DNA from: Octopus sinensis
Lineage: Eukaryota
DNA: 25,864 nucleotides
Reading direction: 5' to 3'
Assembly: GCF_006345805.1 (NCBI RefSeq)
Contig: NW_021836199.1
Coordinates: 1 to 25,864, forward strand
Shown here: piece by piece, positions 21,757-25,864 of the stretch
Position numbering within the stretch: position 1 is the first letter of the stretch
How the letters are laid out: every line of letters begins with the position of its first letter
The notes under the pieces: generated by a model
What the model was told of the DNA's origin: nothing
Database searches by the model: none
What the model saw: the letters and a program-made list of their open reading frames with translations, nothing else
Made by a program: the position numbers and the translations under genes

Positions 21757-24700
21757 TCATAGGACTATGCTCAAGGTGGCTTCGTCATTCATACGTGCCA
21801 TTCTTGCTACATTCACCCATCTTTTTTTAAAACATTCGCTAGACAAAACTTGCCTCTCTACTCTCACTTTCCTTTTCAAGTGGTACTTGAAGAAGTTGAT
21901 GAGAGATTGACCAGAGAGGAAAGTGTTTGTCTCCAATCCTTTCAGACGCGTCCACCAGATACATTCTTTCGCCATAGCCACAAGGATGATGAAAATAGCT
22001 CTTCCTTCCCGTTTGAAGGAAGGAGGCGTGACAATATTGACGATAGACTCAGCTGATAAACCGACTCGTCCCACACGTGACAGCAGTTGTTCGACATAAG
22101 CCCACAGGTCGGAAATTGTTGGACACTGAACGAGTGCGTGCAGAACGGTTTCGTCGCTGGACCGCATCTCGGGCAGGTCGGCCCCGTGTTTCTCGAGCCG
22201 TGTCTGTAGAGCTTATCCCGAACGGGTAGCGCTTCTCGGTAGCACTGCCAGGCCAGGGATCTCTGGAAGTTGTCCATGGGCCCTGGCCCGAAAGTCGTCC
22301 CGAACAGGCGGGTCAGGTACTCCTCGTCGACGTCCAGGTTCGCCCCGAGCTCGTCGTCGTACCTCCCCTCCACTAAACCCCTATAGAATGCTTTGGTTGT
22401 GTTGAAGTCACTTAGGTCGACCCAGGACGGCAGAGTTGCTTGAGAGCAACGCGACACTCGCGGTGCCATTCGCCCTTCCTCGGCCTCTTTTTGATCCACG
22501 ACTGCAGTTCGGTCATGGAGACGAGCTGCGGGAAAGCGTGCCTCACAAACGGCGACCACACCGTTCACCGTCGTCTACATAGAGCCAGAGATGTCGCAGT
22601 CTCAGCGCGTGTCTGCGCATCATCAACCACGGCATGCCCAGCCCTCCTTTTAACGGGTGTTGACAGCAAATGGATCGCCTGACCATCGGGACGCATCCTT
22701 TCCACAAGAAGCGAAAGAGGATGCGTTGTAGTTTGGTGATGGTAGGGTCGGGACAAGGTACGACGGTCAGGCGGTAGTAGATGACGGACGCGATGTACGT
22801 GTTCGCCACCTCCGCTCGACCTTTTAGGGACAGTTTCCTCTCGGCCCATTGCCGGGCGAGAGTGACCACCCTACTCGTTATCTCGTTCCAGTTCTTCTCC
22901 ACTTGGAGGTCCGGACCAAACCAGACCCCGAGCAACTCAACCGGGCCGTCGGTCCAGCGTCCCACGACGGAGGCGCTGGTGGACGGCATGGGCTTGCTTC
23001 TCCAGGTGCCTAGTCGCAAGCCCACTGACTTTTCCCGGTTGATTTTCGCTCCTGTCACCGCTTCGTAGTTTTTCAGTGTCTCACCGACCAGCTCGATGTG
23101 CTCGTGGCTTGACACTATGACGGTGACGTCGTCCGCGTATGCAGACACGCTCGTCCCGCATCCCAATTCTCGCGGGATGCCCCTTAGAGTCGCCAGCTTC
23201 CGCAGTAGTGGCTCAAGAGTCAATTAGTATAGAAGCGCCGAGAGGGGGCATCCCTGACGGACCGAACGTGCAATGTCGAAGGTTCTCGATAGATGTCCAT
23301 TTACGCGAATTACCGACGGATGCCTCTGTACAAGGCAGCTATCCAGCCGCGGAAGACGGGACCGAAACCAGCCGCTCTCAGGACTGCCTCCAAGTATCGA
23401 TGGTCTACCCTATCAAAGGCTTTCGATTGATCCAAGTTGATCAGGGCCCCACCATGCCAGGTTCGTTAACTACCCTGTCTATGATGTAGCGCATCAGATG
23501 GAGGTTGTCATGGATGGTCCGGCCTGGCACGGCGCATGTTTGCGCCTTGTCGACCAGTTTCTCGATGACAAGCGCCAACCTCTTGGCTAACACCTTGGCC
23601 AAAATTTTCAAGTCTGCATTAAGCAGAGTGATGGGCTAAAGTTATCTATTACATTTCCCTTGTTTAGATCTTTCTTCAGCAGTGTTACGGCTCCTCGGCT
23701 CACAAAACAGGAATGCTCCGTTTTGCTGCCAGTTGCAGTACACCGCCGCCAAGAGATCTCCAAACAAGTCTGGCATACAATTGTAAAGCTCGTAGGGTAG
23801 ACCATCCAAACCCGGTGATTTGTCCCTCGAGCATTATGCCATCGCTTCCCGCACTTCCGCCGCCGTGATGGCACCTTCGCAGCACCCTGCCTTTCTTGTC
23901 GAGGTCGTGGTAGGCTATGTAGGTAGGCACTGAAGTCCACACTACGTTCTTGCCCTCCACTCGTTCCGAACAGTCGGGCAAAATGTTGCTGAAAGGCCTC
24001 ACACATTTTATTTGGCTCGAGCAATTCGCGCCCCTGTTCATCTACCAGTGACCGAATGGTGGCTTTGTTGCCCTGTTGCGCCTCTGCCACCGGGCCTCTC
24101 TCGCGGCTCCAACACTTCGTTCCTTAGAGCACGCATCCTAGCTCTGACAGCATATCCTTCGTGTTTGGCGTTGAAGTGTTGGTCGAGGGCCAACCTCGCC
24201 GCCAAAACGTCGGATGCGATGGCCGCTTCTAATTGCCTCTTCTAGCTTCTTAACTAGCTCACCCTCTACTCTATTTCTATCTATGGCTAGTGCTTTGCTG
24301 TACCTAATCGCTTCTGCTTTTACTGCTCTCTTGAGGCAAACCACCATTTGTTGTTGATGATGGCTCCCGTCAAAGCCCTCTTTACTAGTGTGCTAATCCG
24401 GTCTCTGAAAACCTGTCTCGATGGGAAAGACGCGTTTAGTTTCCAGTATCCGGGACCCGCCTAAGTGTCTTACCTAAGTCTAGCGTACATGTCACAAGTT
24501 TGTGATCCGTGTAGCTGACTATGTGAAATGTGGACATCCTATGCTATCTCTATCTACTGTCCTACACAGTATCCTATCTAGATACGATCTCGACGACCCG
24601 ATGCGGTTGCTCCATGTCCACGTTGGCGCATTCGGGTGGTCTAGTCGGAACCTGTCAGACAGTTGAAAGCGTCTGAGCAGGTCTCTGAGGCATTTGCATC

Positions 24701-25180
24701 CCCGTCTATTCCTATCTCTACCCACGTAGTCTACATGCGTGTCCAAGGTAGCATTCCAATCCCCCACTAAGAGTAACGGACGAGACGTTCCCAAGAAAAC
24801 TTCTAGACGTTGAAAGAAATCCGCCCGACCTGTTAAGGGCGGTGCGTAAACTGATACGAGTCGAAAAGCGCACCCATTGCTGCCGTCGACATCCAGGACG
24901 ACCAGTCTACCCTCCGGGTCTACGAATATTGTCCTTACTTTGAGATCCAGACTCTTGTGAAAAAGTACCGCGGTGCACTACCGCCCATTCTCGGCAGACA
25001 GGGGGAAAAAAAATAATGTTGAACTGTCCGCCAAACATGGACTTTAGGGCCGCGGATTGTGGAGTCTGGTCTCGCTTATGGCTATGATTTCTAACTTATG
25101 TGACTTTATGTCATTAAGAGGTACCCTTGTTTCCAAGGGGACCCCAAGCCACGCGCATTTACACAACCAATCTTGATCAT
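21757..25180 (-). pseudogene. Tx1-like ORF2: APE endonuclease + reverse transcriptase + C-terminal Cys/His finger, disrupted by frameshifts
   Basis: MIKIGCVNARGLG, IIAISETRL, LVSVYAP, LVGDWNATLD, SYLDRI (APE); PITLLNADLKILAKVLAKRL, LDQSKAFDRVDH, VRQGCPLS, SAYADDVTV, KINREKS (RT); CPRC ... ETVLHALVQCP; stop at 21757. Confidence 0.93.
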
Positions 25181-25207
25181 AGTTCTAATGAATTAGAATA
25201 CAGAGGG

Positions 25208-25621
25208 TTACTTACTGCTCGAAAGTTTTTGCTTTCTCCTCCGTTGGTTTGTCCTCGAGAAGATCCCAGTACAGTTTCTTTGTGAGATATTTTTGGCATT
25301 TACCAACCGCACTGGGGAAATGCCTTTGAGTGTGTGGTGCAGACTTTTGGAGATGTAATATTTGATGTGGTCTGGTGGTGTTGTGTATGGGTGATTGTTT
25401 GTTTTTATGTCTCTTCTGTTATGTTTGTTTTTGATTGGATGTATTCCATCAAATTTGTGTTTTTGGTGTATATGGCTGTGAGCATGTTTGCTGTATATGT
25501 TTTTGTGGTGGTTGGTGGGTGTTGTTTGCGTTGGGTTTTGAAATGTCTTCGGGAGATTGTATTTCCCCCTGCTTGTTCGTGTTTGCATTTGGTTTGGTTG
25601 TGTTTCTGCTCTTGGTTGTGT
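25208..25621 (-). pseudogene. Probable C-terminal remnant of the element's ORF1 (low complexity, T/N/H/K-rich)
   Basis: The frame is open from the (GATA)n junction to a TAA 27 nt before the ORF2 ATG. No diagnostic motif is seen; the assignment is positional. Confidence 0.5.
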
Positions 25622-25623
25622 TT

Positions 25624-25664
25624 AGATAGATAGATAGATAGATAGATAGACAGATAGGATTGAT

Positions 25665-25715
<51 letters not shown>
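25624..25715. repeat. (GATA)n followed by (GA)n microsatellite
   Basis: Directly visible. Confidence 0.95.
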
Positions 25716-25719
<4 letters not shown>

Positions 25720-25864
25720 GAACTAACCGTATATCTATGTAACCATCTGTCTACCTATCATCTTATATCTATATCTTATATACATGTTTCAATGTGTATA
25801 ATAGCATATATTCACACATATACAAAGAAACAGCTATCTGTAAATCCATGTTTATAATTTTCCC

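Larger units (their letters stand above)
21340..25622 (-). mobile_element. 5'-truncated Tx1/L1-clade non-LTR retrotransposon (~4.3 kb) flanked by (GATA)n
   Basis: ORF1 tail, 27-nt spacer, ORF2, ~390-nt 3' UTR, AATAAA (plus 21367-21372), then (TATC)n at 21340-21360; (TATC)n also at 25624-25657. Confidence 0.9.

Overview
Repeat-saturated, AT-rich eukaryotic intronic or intergenic DNA. It is most likely from an octopus (inference from recalled SINE families and extreme microsatellite density; not verified by search). No host protein-coding gene can be recognised, and most ORF-track entries are microsatellite translations. Identifiable content: (1) a 5'-truncated Tx1/L1-clade LINE on the minus strand (~21340-25622) with a near-complete but frameshifted ORF2 (APE-RT-Cys finger) and (GATA)n at both ends; (2) an older, internally deleted relative (~7632-10245); (3) two RTE-clade fragments; (4) 3' fragments of restriction-like-endonuclease (R4/Dong-like) retroelements in (TACA)n (tandemly duplicated) and in (TAA)n; (5) a mariner remnant, a canonical non-autonomous Helitron and a probable Helentron-type element; (6) about nine tRNA-derived SINE copies of three families. 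Best leads: the 3' end of the SINE at 2866-3086 matches the 3' end of the Tx1-like LINE (31/42 nt, ungapped), suggesting a SINE-Tx1 partnership, and several non-LTR elements each sit in a different microsatellite, suggesting microsatellite targeting.
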